Below are positions 35,712 through 48,540 of a DNA stretch of 64,000 bases, one piece after another; position 1 is the first letter of the stretch; each line of letters starts with the position of its first letter. This DNA is from Camelus ferus (taxonomy: Eukaryota). The position numbers and the translations under genes are program-made. The DNA is taken from contig NC_045696.1 in the NCBI RefSeq assembly GCF_009834535.1, positions 100,566,001 to 100,630,000 on the forward strand, read 5' to 3'. The notes under the pieces were generated by a model. It was not told the DNA's origin and ran no database searches. It saw only the letters and a program-made list of their open reading frames with translations.

Positions 35712-37830
35712 TTCAATTTTTAAGAGAAGCTTTAGGGTCAAAGAAGAACTGAGCAGAAAGTACAGAGAGTTCTCATATATCCCTTGCCCCCACCTCCAGC
35801 TTCTCGACCATCAACATCCCTCATCAGAGTGATGTTACAATTGATGAACCTATACTGACACATCATTATCATCCAAAGTCCATAGTTTATATTAGGGTTC
35901 ACTGTAGATGTTGTGCAGTCTATGGGTTTTAACAAGTGCATAATAGTGTGTATCCCAAGTTGTAGTAGCATACAGAATAGTTTCGCTGCCCTAAAAACCC
36001 TCTTTGCTCTGCTTTCGTCTCTCTCTCCTTAAACCGTGGCAACTACTGATCTTTTTCCTGTCTCAATAGTTCTGTCTTTTCCAGAGTGTCACATAGTTGG
36101 AATCCTACATTTCAGATGGGCTTCTTTCACTTAATAATATGAGTAACAGGCATTTAAGGATCCTCCATGTCTTTTCATGGCTTACTAACTCATTTCTTTT
36201 TTTTTTTCCTTTTTTTAAATAAACTTTTTTTACTTTGGAATAATTTAAGATTTCAGATAAGTTGAAAAGGTAGTACACCCCTCACCCAATTTCAGTTTCC
36301 TCTGATGTCATTTTAAATTACTGTGGTATATTTTTCAAAACTTAAGAAACCAACCAATGTAGTACATTACTATTAATTAACCTCAGACTTTTTTCAAATT
36401 TCACCTATTTTCCATGAATGTTCCTCTAAACTCCAGACTTTAATTACATTTCACTAATTTTTCCTTTAAGGTTCCTTTTCTGCTCTGAGATCCAATCCAG
36501 GGTACCACATTGCATTTATTTCTTACTTACTTATTATTTTAAGAATCAACAGAATGCAGTAATCCATTCATAAAGGACAGTCAAATGTGCTTATACATAT
36601 TTAAGAAATCAATCATCTAAGTTATAAATATTAAGTAGTTCATTTGTGTCCTTTTTTTTTAGGTTCCACATATAAGTGGTATCATATGGCATTTTTCTTT
36701 CCCTTTCTAGCTTATTTTTAGAATTTTCTTTTTAGAATGATGATCTCCAGGTCCATCCATGTTGCTGCAAATGGCATTATTTTATTCCTTTTTATGGCTG
36801 AGTAGTATTCCATTGTGTGTGTGTGTGTGTATCACATTTTCTTTATCCAGTCATCTCTTGATGGACATTTGGGTTGTTTCCATGTCTTGGCTATTTTAAG
36901 TAGTGCTGCTATGAACATTGGGGTGCATGTGTCTTTTTGAATTATGTTTTTCTCGAGGTATATGCCCAGAAGTGGGATTGCTGGATCATATGGTAAGTCT
37001 ATTTTTTGTTTTTTAAGTAACCTCCATACTGTCCTCCATAGTAACTGCACCAATTTACATTCCCACTAACAGTGTAGGAGGGTTCCCTTTTCTCTACACC
37101 CTCTCCAGCATTTATTGTTTGTAGACTTTTTAATGATGGTCATTCTGGCTGGTATGAGGTGATATCTCATTGTAGTTTAGATTTGCAGTTCTCTAACAAT
37201 TAGTGATGTTGAGCATCTTTTCACGTGCTTGTTGGCCATCTGGATGTCTTCTCTGGAGAAATGTCTATTTAGATCTTCTGCCTATTTTTTGATTGGATTG
37301 CTTGCTTTTTTGATATTAAGCTGTATAAGCTGTTTGTATATTTTGGAAGTTAGTCCCTTGTTGGTCGCATTATTTGCAAATGTTTTCTCCCATTCTGTAG
37401 GTTGTCTTTTCGTTTTGTTGATGGTATCCTTAGCTGTGCAAAAGCTTTTAAGTTTAATTAGATCCCATTTGTTTATTTTTGCTTTTATTTCCATTACTCC
37501 AGGAGCTAGTTTAAAAAATATATTGCTGTGATTTATGTCCAAGAGTGTTCTGCCTATGTTTTCCTCTAGGAGTTTTTTAGTGTCTGGTTTTAACATTTAA
37601 GTCTTTAATCCATCTTGAATTTATTTTTTATATGGTGTTAGAAAATGTTCTAATTTCAGTCTTTTACGGGTACTAGCTCATTTCTTTTTTGCTCTGAATA
37701 ATAGTCTATTGTCTGGGTGTACCACAGTTTATTTATCTACCTAGTGAAGGACATCTTGGTTGATTCCAAGTTTTGGCAATTAGGAATAAAGCTAATATAA
37801 TAATACACAACCACACTTTTTGTGGACATT
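35712..37830 (-). mobile_element. Old L1MC-like 3' end split by a nested insertion
   Basis: Homologous to the 26116 element. The sequence ttcatggcttactaactcatttc (36175-36196) resumes as tactagctcatttcttttttgctctgaataatagtc at 37671. Confidence 0.75.
36201..37670 (-). mobile_element. Nested younger L1 (ORF2 3' part) carrying extra 3' sequence
   Basis: TSD tacta(a/g)ctcatttctttt at 36183-36200 and 37671-37688. ORF2 fragments at 36832-37053 and 37282-37596; about 420 bp of unrelated sequence lies between the L1 and the tail. Confidence 0.8.
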
Positions 37831-38916
37831 GTTTTTCTCTTTTAAGTCAGAAACTACCCTCAATATTTGAAGGTGCTGTGTTTTGGAGGTTTTTTGTTGT
37901 GGCAGATAGAAATACTAATACAGCTGAGCATTAATTATGTTGAAAAATCTTACCTAAGCACCTCAGTTTGTACAAGGAGATTTCAATCTTAACCAATTAA
38001 TTTGATCTCCAAAGTACAGAAATTTAATAATCTTAGTGTTTTATAATTACAAAATTCAATGATGTTATAAATTACCAAATTATGTAACTGTATTAGCAAA
38101 AATTTCAGGGATAAAATAAAAACAAACTATATTTTTAGAGTTTATAAACTGAATGATAAGAGGTTCTCTGCTCACCAAGTGGTTTGGATTCAGTTGAATT
38201 ACTTATTTTTTATTGTAATAATAGAAAAAAATGTGCATTTCTGTATATATGTGTGTGAAAATGTTCAATAAGGTATGAGAAGTTTAACCAAAAATACATT
38301 TGAAAATTATGCCAGTTACCAGACAAAACATAAGATATGTGACCTTCTACAACATTTGTGATGTAGCTAGTATCATTTATTTTGATAGCTGTTCCACATT
38401 TAAAAAATTAAACTCCTTCAATATTATCAGTCATTGTTCTTGACATTAGAATGTAAGGATGAAAACCCTTGGACTCTGCTCTCAAGTAATTCAATCTTGC
38501 AGGGGAGGTGCCTATAAACAAACAGCACAATGCTTGGTTGTAAGGGCATCAATAAATGTCTTAAACATATTACAGCAACAGCACAGAGGAGAAATACAAG
38601 GTCACCAAGTGTATAATTCTTTTTAGTGATTGGACAGCCAAGTGAAGATTCGAGGAACCAGGGATATCTGATGAAATTGTTGAATGATGAGAAGTAAAGG
38701 TCTTACATCTGTTAAGTATTTACAATTTAGGGTGTTACAATTCGAATGCTTATCTTGCCAAAGCCTCCAAATACATACATACAGGTATTTTATTTACCAG
38801 GTGGATAAAATTATAAAGTTTTTGAGAAATGCACAGTTTATAGCTGATATCTTTGGGTAGTAGTGTCTTCAAAATACCAACTAATCTAGAAGTACATACT
38901 CCAGTTCCAGTCGTAC

Positions 38917-39145
38917 CTGTAATAGCCTCTCCGATGGCTTGCTTCTCCATTTCTGATAATATGCCTTTAAAAACAATGTCCTTTAGGGTTCAACGGACCA
39001 TGAAATAGTCTGCAGAAGTGCCCCTGGTGCCAGCACTGAGACAAACACTCATTTTGGCTGTCAGCTGAAAGAACTTGGAGGAGATGAAGCACATTTATTA
39101 TGTACTGATATATTCTGACTCGATAATCCTTTTTCGTTGGAGGCA
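38917..39145 (-). pseudogene. Candidate decayed exon of an unidentified gene
   Basis: Acceptor cttgcttttatag|TG and donor CAG|gtacga, 229 nt. Reads (V)PPTKKDYRVRIYQYIINVLHLLQVLS / TAKMSVCLSAGTRGTSADYFMVR*TLKDIVFKGILSEMEKQAIGEAIT with one frameshift and one stop. An alternative acceptor gives an open 48-nt exon (38917-38964). Confidence 0.35.
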
Positions 39146-39854
39146 CTATAAAAGCAAGTGCAGATCACTGTTGGCAAAATAGTAAAAAAAAATAAAATTC
39201 AGTTGAGCTGCGGAAGTTTTGCTTCCAATTTCACAGCTGGGTAATTTTCTTTATAAAACTTCTATTAAAAAGTTACGCTGGGAATGAGTATATTATTAAA
39301 TAAACAATTTAGAATATAGTAAAGTCAGATGAATCAGCAGCCCTTCAAAATAATAATCTTTATATTTTAAAAATTTGATGGTTTTCCTGTGTTATACAAT
39401 CAGTGGTTCAGTTAAATGACTAATAAGAATTGGCATTATTATTAGAATGAAAACTTATAGTCAAATTTTTATAAGCCTTTTTATTTTTGGAAATATTAAA
39501 TAAATATCCTTTGTGTTTATAACTGTGGAAAAATAAATCCTAAGTATTGTTTTTTCAATATTCTGAAATAGTAAAATAAAAAGTTGTTTCCTGTTTAGCC
39601 ATAACCTTAAAAAAGTGGTAGTAAATGCTAACTAGAAGGTAAATGAAATAGGGTTAAATTAACTTCTCAGGAATAAAAAATAGGTATCTTAAACCTGTTT
39701 GCCATCTTTCAAAGGAAAGAGACACCCATTTAATTGTATTTTGCATATGTCATGTGCATATCTAAACTGTTATCTTTTTAAATGGCAAGTTTTTCTTTGT
39801 GAACAGTACTCGGCCATCTCTCTTCCTGTGACTCAAAGCACTTTGGCATCTCAC

Positions 39855-40045
39855 CCTGTCCTACATTTATCCCAGTCATGAGTGAAATAGCAATGGTGCT
39901 TAGAATGGCATCCAGGTATTCTGATCTGGAATGAGTGTGGTGAACTTTTACACCTAGCGGTTCTGCCATTTTTACAGCAACTATTCCGGACTATGTCTCA
40001 AGTCACAATAGCCAGCCTTACCCCTCCCTCATCCTGGTGTGTATC
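39855..40045 (-). pseudogene. Candidate decayed exon of an unidentified gene
   Basis: Acceptor cttgtactttag|G and donor AGG|gtgaga. Reads DTHQDEGGVRLAIVT* / SGIVAVKMAEPLGVKVHHTHSRSEYLDAILSTIAISLMTGINVGQ, ending in phase 1, compatible with the next segment. Confidence 0.35.
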
Positions 40046-40839
40046 CTAAAGTACAAGTCAGTGATTGTAGATTCAGGGAGCAATGGTGGCTCTGTGGAAC
40101 ACGTAAAAAGGTTTTACCAGTTACAGTTAATAAGAAACTAATCTGTATAAAAGGACATTTTTTCCCCTTGATTGTCTCTTTATTCTTTATCACATCATAG
40201 GAAAATTGATGGATACATTTTTTACCAAATTTAGGAGAGTAAGTTTTGGATAGCCTATTTGGAATACATGCTATGTGATACACTTAAAATTAACTTTGGA
40301 GGTTTAGACTGTATCTCAGAAAGATTATTCCTCAAAGAAGCCTGTTTTCACAGTCACATGCAGAGCTGTAAGCAGCTCCTCCAGTAAGTAGTGGCAAAGA
40401 TCTATTTATTTCTCAGAGGCTAATGATTTCCCCAGGCAGTGACACTGAGTCCCACTAGCCCAAATGAACACATTTGCCATCATTTTTATAAACATACCCT
40501 ATAATTAATCTTATGTATATTAAGCTTTTCAAACTAAGGAATGGGTTCTAATAGAAGAAAGTAAATACACTTAATCTTATTTATTCCTATATAAATATAT
40601 ACATACTATTTTCATTATGCAAAATCCAGCCATTCCAGAAATATATTCCATATTTCACCAAACTTAAGATAGTACATCTGTTTTTTTATCTATTACTGTT
40701 TTTTATCTATTGCTAAGAAAAAAGTGACTTCCAATTAATCAGTAATGTAATACTTTCTTTTTTAAAAATTTAGCTTTATGCTTTTGAAAAACAATCTTTA
40801 CAACTCAGGCATAGGTTTTAATTGTTGTTTTTGTTTTAA

Positions 40840-41376
40840 TGTAGAGGAGGAAACATTTCTCCTCTACCTTCTTATGGTTTCTGGTTATTCCTAAGAATTA
40901 AACTGACATAGAACAGATTAGCAGGAGAAAAGAATACATGATTTAATGTTTTTTTTTTTTTCACATACATGGGAACTTTCATAAGAAAAATGAAAGCTCA
41001 AAGTTTGTTAGAGGCAAATGTTTATATACTGACTTGGACGAAGAGTAGTAAATTATGTAAACTTGACAAGGCAAGTTGGGCTAGGGTAGTTAATCATGAA
41101 AAAGTGAGTCGAAGCTTAAGAATTAGTTTAACAAGGTTTATTTGTACAGATTTCTCTCTACCTCAACTTCTCATCCCTGCTGATAATGTTTCTTTCCTCA
41201 TGGTGTAGGGACAATATCTTTCCCATGAGGGCTTTATCTCCTGCTTTCAAGGGTTTAAAAAAAAAAGGAAGGTCAGAATGTTCTTTTGCATCCGCTGTTT
41301 TTTGAAAGCTTTTAACTTAAAATAGTCAATATGTCACAGTGGCATATTTTGGGATGACATGTTCTGAACTCCTTCA
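40840..41376 (-). mobile_element. Solo ERV1-class LTR (MER34-like), 537 bp
   Basis: TG...CA termini and 4-bp TSD ttaa (40836-40839 and 41377-41380). The minus strand starts TGAAGGAGTTCAGAACATGTCATCCCAAAATATGCCAC, like MER34-group LTRs. Confidence 0.8.
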
Positions 41377-41396
41377 TTAATCACCATTTTGCATAT

Positions 41397-41955
41397 TGTA
41401 TTAATTCCCTATTGTTCTGTAACAAATTACCACAAATTTAACGGTTTAAAACAACACAGGCTTATTGTCTTACAGATCTGGGAGTCGGAGGTCCAAAATG
41501 GGTCAGCAAGGATGTGCTTATTCTGGAACAATAGGAGAAAATCTATTTTCCTCGTTTCTTCCGGCTTCTAGAGGCTCCTCCTTTCCTTGGCTCAGCCCTT
41601 TCCTCCATCTTCAAAGCCAACAGCAGAGTATCTTCAGATTTCTCTCTCCCTGTCCCTCCTCCTTTCCATTTCTTTCTCCTTCCCTCCCGCTCTCTCTTCC
41701 CTACTGCACATCTCTCCCCAGCCCTCACATCTCTCCCCAGCTCACATCTGCTTCTGTCATCCCATCAATTTCTCTGACTGTGAGCCTCCTTCCTCTCTTC
41801 TAAGGACCTTTGTCCCGGATAATCTTCCCACCTCAAAATCTTTAATTTAGTCACATTTGTAAAATCCCATTTAGCAGGTAAGGTAACATAGTCACAAGTT
41901 TGGGGGATTTTAGGATGTGGACATCACTGGATGCCACTATTCTTCCTGTGGCACA
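41397..41955 (-). mobile_element. MaLR solo LTR (MLT1C/D-like)
   Basis: tgtattaattccctattgttctgtaacaaattaccacaaa...gatgtggacatc...caca; 5-bp TSD catat/cacat. Confidence 0.8.
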
Positions 41956-42034
41956 CACATAAAAGGAAAAAAATATACAAGTGAAATAAATGGTGGCTTC
42001 TCTAAATTTTCACGTCCAGAGTTAACTTTTAAAA

Positions 42035-43150
42035 ACATTTATTTATAGAAATATAAAACTTATTAGGAAAGCATTAGAATCAAATATATATAATTCAATA
42101 AAACATTGCAAAGTGAACACATGAGACATGACAGATAAAAATAGAATATTGCTTGTACTGAGGAAGCTCGGGCCACCCCTGAATCTCTCCTTCCTCCTTC
42201 CATTACGTAAATAAGCGCTCTTCTCACTTACAATACCATTTTTTTTTTTTTTTGGTGTTGCCAAGTCTGAACTTTATACAAATTGAATAACATAGCAAGG
42301 CTCTGTGTGTGTGTTTGCATGCATGTGTGTGTCTGTGTAGCTTGTTTTGCTTAATATTTTACTTTTGAAATGAATACATTTCATTGTGGGCACTGTAGCT
42401 GATCATTTTCATTGCTGTATAGTATTCCGCTGATAGAATATACCACAATTTATTTGTCTATTCTGTAGTTGATTGACATTTTGGTTGTTTCTAGTTTAAG
42501 AATATTCTGAATAATGTTTTTTGAATAATCAGTTACTTGTTTCTGAGGAATACATGTGCATGTTTTTATTGAGTATATTCCAGGCAGTGAAATAGCATCA
42601 GCCTTGGACATGTGTGTATTCAATTTTGGATGACACTACTATGCTGATTTCCAAAGTGATTCAACTACTTTTTTACTCTGATGAGTAGTGTATGGAAGTT
42701 CTAATTGTTTGCTTTATACATCCTTGCCAATAGTTTAATTATTAGTCTTTCTCACTTGAAGCATTCTGGTGTATATGTACCAGTATTTCACATTACACTA
42801 GTGTTATATTTCAAGTTGGAATTTCCTTGATTATTAATGAGATTGAGCACTTAAGCATATTTTCATAATGTTCACTGGGCTTTTGGATATTCTCTTTTGT
42901 GAAATGTCTACTTAAGGATTTTGCTCATTTTTCAACTTGACTGTCTTTTTCATTATTATTTGCAAACGTTCTTTATGTATTCTGGATCTCAGCCCTTTGT
43001 TGGTTTTATGTTGCAAATATCTTATCCCATACTGTGGCTTGCCTTTGCATACTTCTAAGGGAATTTTTGATTTAATAAACAATTTTTGACTTTTAATGTC
43101 CAATGTATTAATATTTTTCTTTATGGAAAGTGATTTTGAGTTCCATTTGA
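42035..43150 (-). mobile_element. Old LINE-1 (L1ME-like) 3' region
   Basis: cattttcattgctgtatagtattcc...gacattttggttgtttctag...ttccaaagtg, degenerate ORF2 end and 3'UTR. Confidence 0.7.
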
Positions 43151-45187
43151 GACTTTTTTTTCTTTCTAGCTTTTCAGTAACAATATTCTGTACTGGGCTT
43201 ATAGTAGGTACATGTCATGAACAAGCATTTGAAGAGTGAATGAATATAAGAGTGATCGCTGATGGTTATCCCATCACACTTTTATCCTTACGTATGCCAT
43301 GAACTTACTTAAGCCCATTGTATAAAGGACTTCTGCTTGTAGCTTCTTTTTAAAACTTCTCTCTCATATATTTCTATGCTTCCTTCTATGTAATCTATTT
43401 GCTCTGGCTGCCACAAAATTAAGAATTTTTTTAACCTTCCTCATCAGGGGCTTACGTATATAAAGATGGCTTAACTGATTTGTCCTTGATACAATATTGA
43501 TGACTATTAGATTTCTGAGGTCACACATTTGGCATACATTATCTCCTTGTTCTGTTTAGCCCTCTAGGTGATCACCTGTCTGGTATGAAGACAGTGAAAG
43601 GGAGACCTACCTGGTCTGAAGCCTGATTTTCTGCAATCCAAGCCCACTCACAGGACACATGAGGAGAGTGAGTCTCTACCTTTTCCCAGATGTGGTTTGC
43701 ATGAGGCAGAGATGTCAGCCCGTTAATAGAACATGTTGAGTGACAACATTTATCACTATGTGGTTATCAGACCTTAGGATTTACTGGTTACATTGATCAA
43801 TCAAATGGTGGGAAAGGCAGTAAGTGTGCTACATCTCACAAGTTCTCAAATATTTATATTTTATATTTACATATTTACACAAAAGCTTTCCTCTGTTTTC
43901 CTTCTAACAAGGTATCTTCCTGCAGTAATTTTACTTCTTGAGGAATCCAGTAATGCGGCCTACTTCTGTCCCTACTGGGCATGTGCATCCAGCTCCTGTG
44001 TGATTTGTGTTGAAGCCCGATTGACTTCAACATAATCTGTCCTTCATGATGATCTTACAGCTGGTCTGTTTTCTTCTAGTCATCTGCTATCCATATACTC
44101 TTTAGTGGTCAAAAATATGCAAAGAAACAGACGTTTGCTAATGACTGTAATAGGCACCAGCTGGAGTTAACATCACAAGTTTTAAAAACTCTCTTTGTTC
44201 TTTGTTTTTGTGTTTTGGTGGAAGCCTTTCACTCCCCCTTTTGAAACACTCTTAGACTTGTTTTTATAATTTATTTTATTTCTAGCATTATAATTTCCCT
44301 CAGCTCAGTTTTGCAAATAATCACAATGCAGAAAAACAAACAAATAAAGCGACTGAATCATTCTTTCCAAACCTGCTACTGATTTTCATCTCAAATTAAA
44401 TACACCAAAATTTTTCCAGTTACTCAGATTAAAAAAGCCATATTCACATTTACTTCTTTATTTGGGAAGCTGTCACATCTTGTAGATTCCATTTCTGCAA
44501 TGGTTCCTCTTTCTATTCTCTATTCTGGGACTCAAGTTCAAGATCGTCAGGTTCTGCACTTTCAAGCCAGCTAGCACACTGTTGCTAGACTGTTCCTCCT
44601 AATGCATATGTTTAAAAATAACATTTTAGTTCTTATAATAACTAATAATAACTCTCTGTTGCTAACAAATCAATGACCAATGATTTTGATTCAAAGGTTT
44701 CCTAAGGTATTCTTATTTACTTTTCAAAATATATCAGTCCCTACCTCCAATAGTTCTGATGTTTTTAGCTCCACAGATTTGTTTGTTCATCTCACTTTTA
44801 TTCCTAGATTGTCATGTGATATATGCATTTTGGAAAAAGCACATTCATCCTTCAAAGCTCTTTTCAGTAATGAGAAGAGTTTTTTGCTCCTTTAGGCTAA
44901 TGACCACATTTTAATAAGACCGCAACTACTCTCCCAAAAAGGGCAGGACACCAATCGGGACACTTTATAAGGAACCGCTCCTTCAGTCCTCACCATCCCT
45001 CAGAGGAGGGAGGCATCATGCCCCGGTTTTGGCTGAGCAAGCCAAGGCCTGGAGTTTGAGTTCCCCAGGTTCTCAAAGCTGGTCCCCCTCCCATCACCTC
45101 CCCTGCGAGCCTGGTGCTGCTCTCTGCTGGTTCTCTGAAGGCAGGGGAAGGTGATGAGAAGATGACCTTGATGCTTCAGTGCTGCAG

Positions 45188-45341
45188 GTTCTCCCACTTA
45201 GCGCCCACCAGCATCACCCCCCAGGGCTCATTAAGACTTGTGACCGGACCCCACCCTTAGAGGAGGGGGTGGGGCCTGAGAATTGGCATTTCTAACAAAT
45301 TCCCAAGTGCCGCTGGTGCTGCTGGTCAGGGACCACACTTT
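45188..45341 (+). mobile_element. MER5A-like hAT-Charlie non-autonomous DNA transposon
   Basis: gggtggggcctgagaattggcatttctaacaaattcccaagtgccgctggtgctgctggtcagggaccacactttg. Confidence 0.8.
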
Positions 45342-45569
45342 GTGATGAGGCTCCTCCCGCCTGGGCTGTGCCTCCGCTGGATGTTGGTGCGCCTTCCTTG
45401 GCTTTTTCTCTCGGTGCCTCTCTTACAGTTGAGCTGATATATTCCCAAGAATTCTTAACAAAGTGGTGCAATGCTGCTGTGTAGCCGTCCTTCAGGAACA
45501 GCCCCTCGCGTGAAAATGGCCCCTCAAGTGTCGATGTTGTCCTCAGATTTCCTTGGATCCCTTTCACTG

Positions 45570-46020
45570 TTTCTGCCCCCTCCCTTATTTCCTCCTCTGC
45601 ACCCGCCTTGCTGTGGCTTCCCTTCCGACAGCAGGAGCTGCGGCTCTTTACCAGAGGAGTAGGTACCCTGGAGCGGCCAGAGCCCGCCCACCCTAAGGAC
45701 AAGCTGGGAGAGCTGGGAGTGCCCGGGGGCTCACAGCTCCCGGGGGACGCCTTTAGCCAATGACCAGACTGGTGCTGGAGAGTGGAAGCCGAGCTCCCGG
45801 CTCAGCACAGCTCAGGAGTGATTTACACTGAATTCTCCCCGCGGGATCCAGCTGATGCTGCCAAGACGGCAGGACTTTGCCTGACATGGCATCCTGCTTG
45901 GTGATGACTTCTCTGTCCTTCCTCGCTCCCTGACTAGTTTTGCCCTGGGCACGTCCTTCATATCATGTACCCAGATCCTCATTACAAGGGTCTGGCTCTG
46001 GGGAATCTGGTCTAAGACTG
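45570..46020 (+). mobile_element. ERVL LTR (LTR16-like)
   Basis: agccaatgac...ends gggtctggctctggggaatctggtctaagac, the LTR16 3' signature. Confidence 0.6.
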
Positions 46021-48317
46021 CAGTCCAAACCTCCAGTTGTCTTCTAGTTTAACTAGACGTAACTTGTGGGATACGTCAAGTTGCTTAAGTCCCCGAATAG
46101 CAAGTGCAGAATACTGCCTGGCGTTCTGAACAGGTTCTAGTATATGATTGCTTCTGGCCCAGCTCTTAAACCCTTATGGGTGTTTGAGAGGGTCTCTTGA
46201 AGGCGAGAAAGTTAGGATTTATCATTATGTTTGTGAAGGAAGACACGCTTACCCGTATAAGCATATTGTTATAATGACTCTGATGGAATGGGCTGTAGTG
46301 TGTGCCCCTGGCTTAGAGAGCCTGAACTCTCCTGGGCTCTGAGAGTCTGGGATTTGATTAGTGTTGGCTGTAGTCTAGTCTCTTATCAGCTATTTCTGCA
46401 GCACATCACTTCTGTGTCTTTCAGCAATGTCTTTGCTGGGAAATAATTCTGACAATCTGGTCTATTTTAAATTTATCAAATAATTGTATGCAGCCTAGTC
46501 TTAGTGGATTTTCCACTAAAGGGCTCCGTATTTTCTTCTTGACAAGCTTCATCTCACTTTCTGTTAAGTTGTGATAAGCAGACAGTGTCTGGCTAAGAGG
46601 CCATGGCTTACTGTATTTTCAGTTCTGAGGGCTTTATCGAAATACCCAAAATAAAGGATGGGATTTATAGACCTTTAAACTCTATCACATACCTATTGCT
46701 AAGTTCGCCTCCATCATTTCTTATAACCTTGTTTCTTGAAATCAAGTATTTCGGTTACATTTTTTTTTTTTTTGTAATTCTTATTGTCTTTTAGAAAATG
46801 TTTGGCTACAAGACATTTATACAAAATAGGAGAGCCATCATTCCAGGTATATCATTTTATCAGTTTTCTGTGTTACATTATAAATTCACAACACTGTATT
46901 ATCCCCACAATTGTCATTTTATAGCATGCTTTGCAGATGGAGAGTTCTTGTGGCTACTTTTTGTTTATTTTTTATTTTTTTTAATTTGCAAATGACTTGA
47001 GTTCCTTTTCACTATACAAAATTATCTTTACTTCCAATAGGAATTCTACTTATGTTTAGAAACTGGCATTTTGGAGAGTCAAAGACATGAATCAAGATCT
47101 TTACTCTTTTTATAAAAGTTCAAAATATGCTGAAACAGAATATACTGATTTGTGAACTTTTTGATTTATTGCAATCAATAAAACTTACATTTTTATGTAC
47201 AAAAATACATATCAGCCAATTAAGATTACTTTTTTGACAAATATTTTTATATATTAAGGATACATTTTATATGTCTAATTGGGCATTACAGTTGAGCAAC
47301 TTTAGTAATAAGAGTTCTTGCTGCTTTGGTTAACCTTAGGAGGATGTAACCTAGAGAGATTTTAACTCTGGCTTTTGGCAAAATGGCCTTGGAATCAAGA
47401 GGAAAGATCAGTGAAAAGCTGGTTTTGCTATGAAGGATTAGAGTCAGGGAAACACTTTAAACATTGAGCTCTGCTTAGAGAGGCATGTAGATACATAGTT
47501 ATGAGTAAATATTTCCATTAGTCTGATCCCATCAGTTTACTTCTTCCAATGGGAGGATGATGAGAATGATGAAAATCTATCTGATTCACCCATAAGCCAC
47601 AGATGCCTCTTCTCCAGGGAAGAAGGCCCAGACTCCTAAGAGTCTTCTTATGGATGCTGAGGGTGACATGGCTACTTTTCTGTGCCTCACTCACCTCTTG
47701 AAGCTTCTCACTCTGAGAGCCCAGCTTGTATTAGCTCTGTTCACATCAAACCTGAATGAAACTTGGCCTCTTTTACTGTATTCCCTAAGAGATACAGTTG
47801 TGCTCAGCAGTGCTTGGATTTTGTGACCTTATTCTTGACCTTGGTGTATAGAGGAGAATCAGCGAGTACCCAGTATTCTATGACCTCAAAGACATCTACG
47901 TCAATGAATCAGCCATGCTACTCCCCTGCCTTCTGAAGCCTACCCACTCCCTTCTACTTATCTGCCTGCCACAGGGAGCACCCTGGACAGTGGATCCTTG
48001 TTCTCTACTCTACTGTCTATTCCCATGAGAACAATCCTACTCTGCTACTCCCCTTTCTCCAGTGCCTCAGGCAGTCTGCCTGTCTAAACCCCTCTGAAAT
48101 TCTAGCAAATACAATTTTCCCTCTTATTTAATATTAATTCACTGTCTTATTGTGTGACACCTTCTGGAAAACAGTCATGATCAGAGTGGTATGGTAACCC
48201 AATGGAAGCAACCATCCCTTCTCAGGGATGGGAAGATCAAGTGAGATCTTCTAAGAGATTATTTTTGAACTGGTACTTAAATAATTAGTAGGAATACAGA
48301 AGGACAGTAGGAATACA

Positions 48318-48525
48318 GAATCTGAATATATATGTATCCATTACAGCTCATTACAAGAAATTGAATATAGTTCCCTGTGTTGTATAGTAGGTCCTTGTTT
48401 ATTATTTTATATATGGTAGTGTGTTATCTATGACTCCCAGCTGAATCACTTTGCTGTCCACATGAAACTAACACTGTAAATCGACTACATTTCAATTAAA
48501 AAATAATTAAAAATGAAAAAAATAA
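48318..48525 (+). mobile_element. Rearranged short L1 3'UTR insertion
   Basis: Forward gaatctgaatatatatgtat, inverted 3'UTR piece at ~48338-48428, forward ctgaatcactttgctgt...tcaattaaaaaa tail. Confidence 0.7.
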
Positions 48526-48540
48526 GATATTGTGACTCAT

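Noticed and set aside
45000..46020. GC-rich patch as a possible gene promoter or CpG island
   Set aside because: Largely explained by MER5A and an LTR16-like element; CpG density is modest.
46795..46846. Plus-strand 52-nt exon candidate (ttgtcttttag|AAAATG...CCAG|gtatat)
   Set aside because: Isolated, with a mediocre donor, no partner exon and no recognisable peptide; expected by chance in 64 kb.
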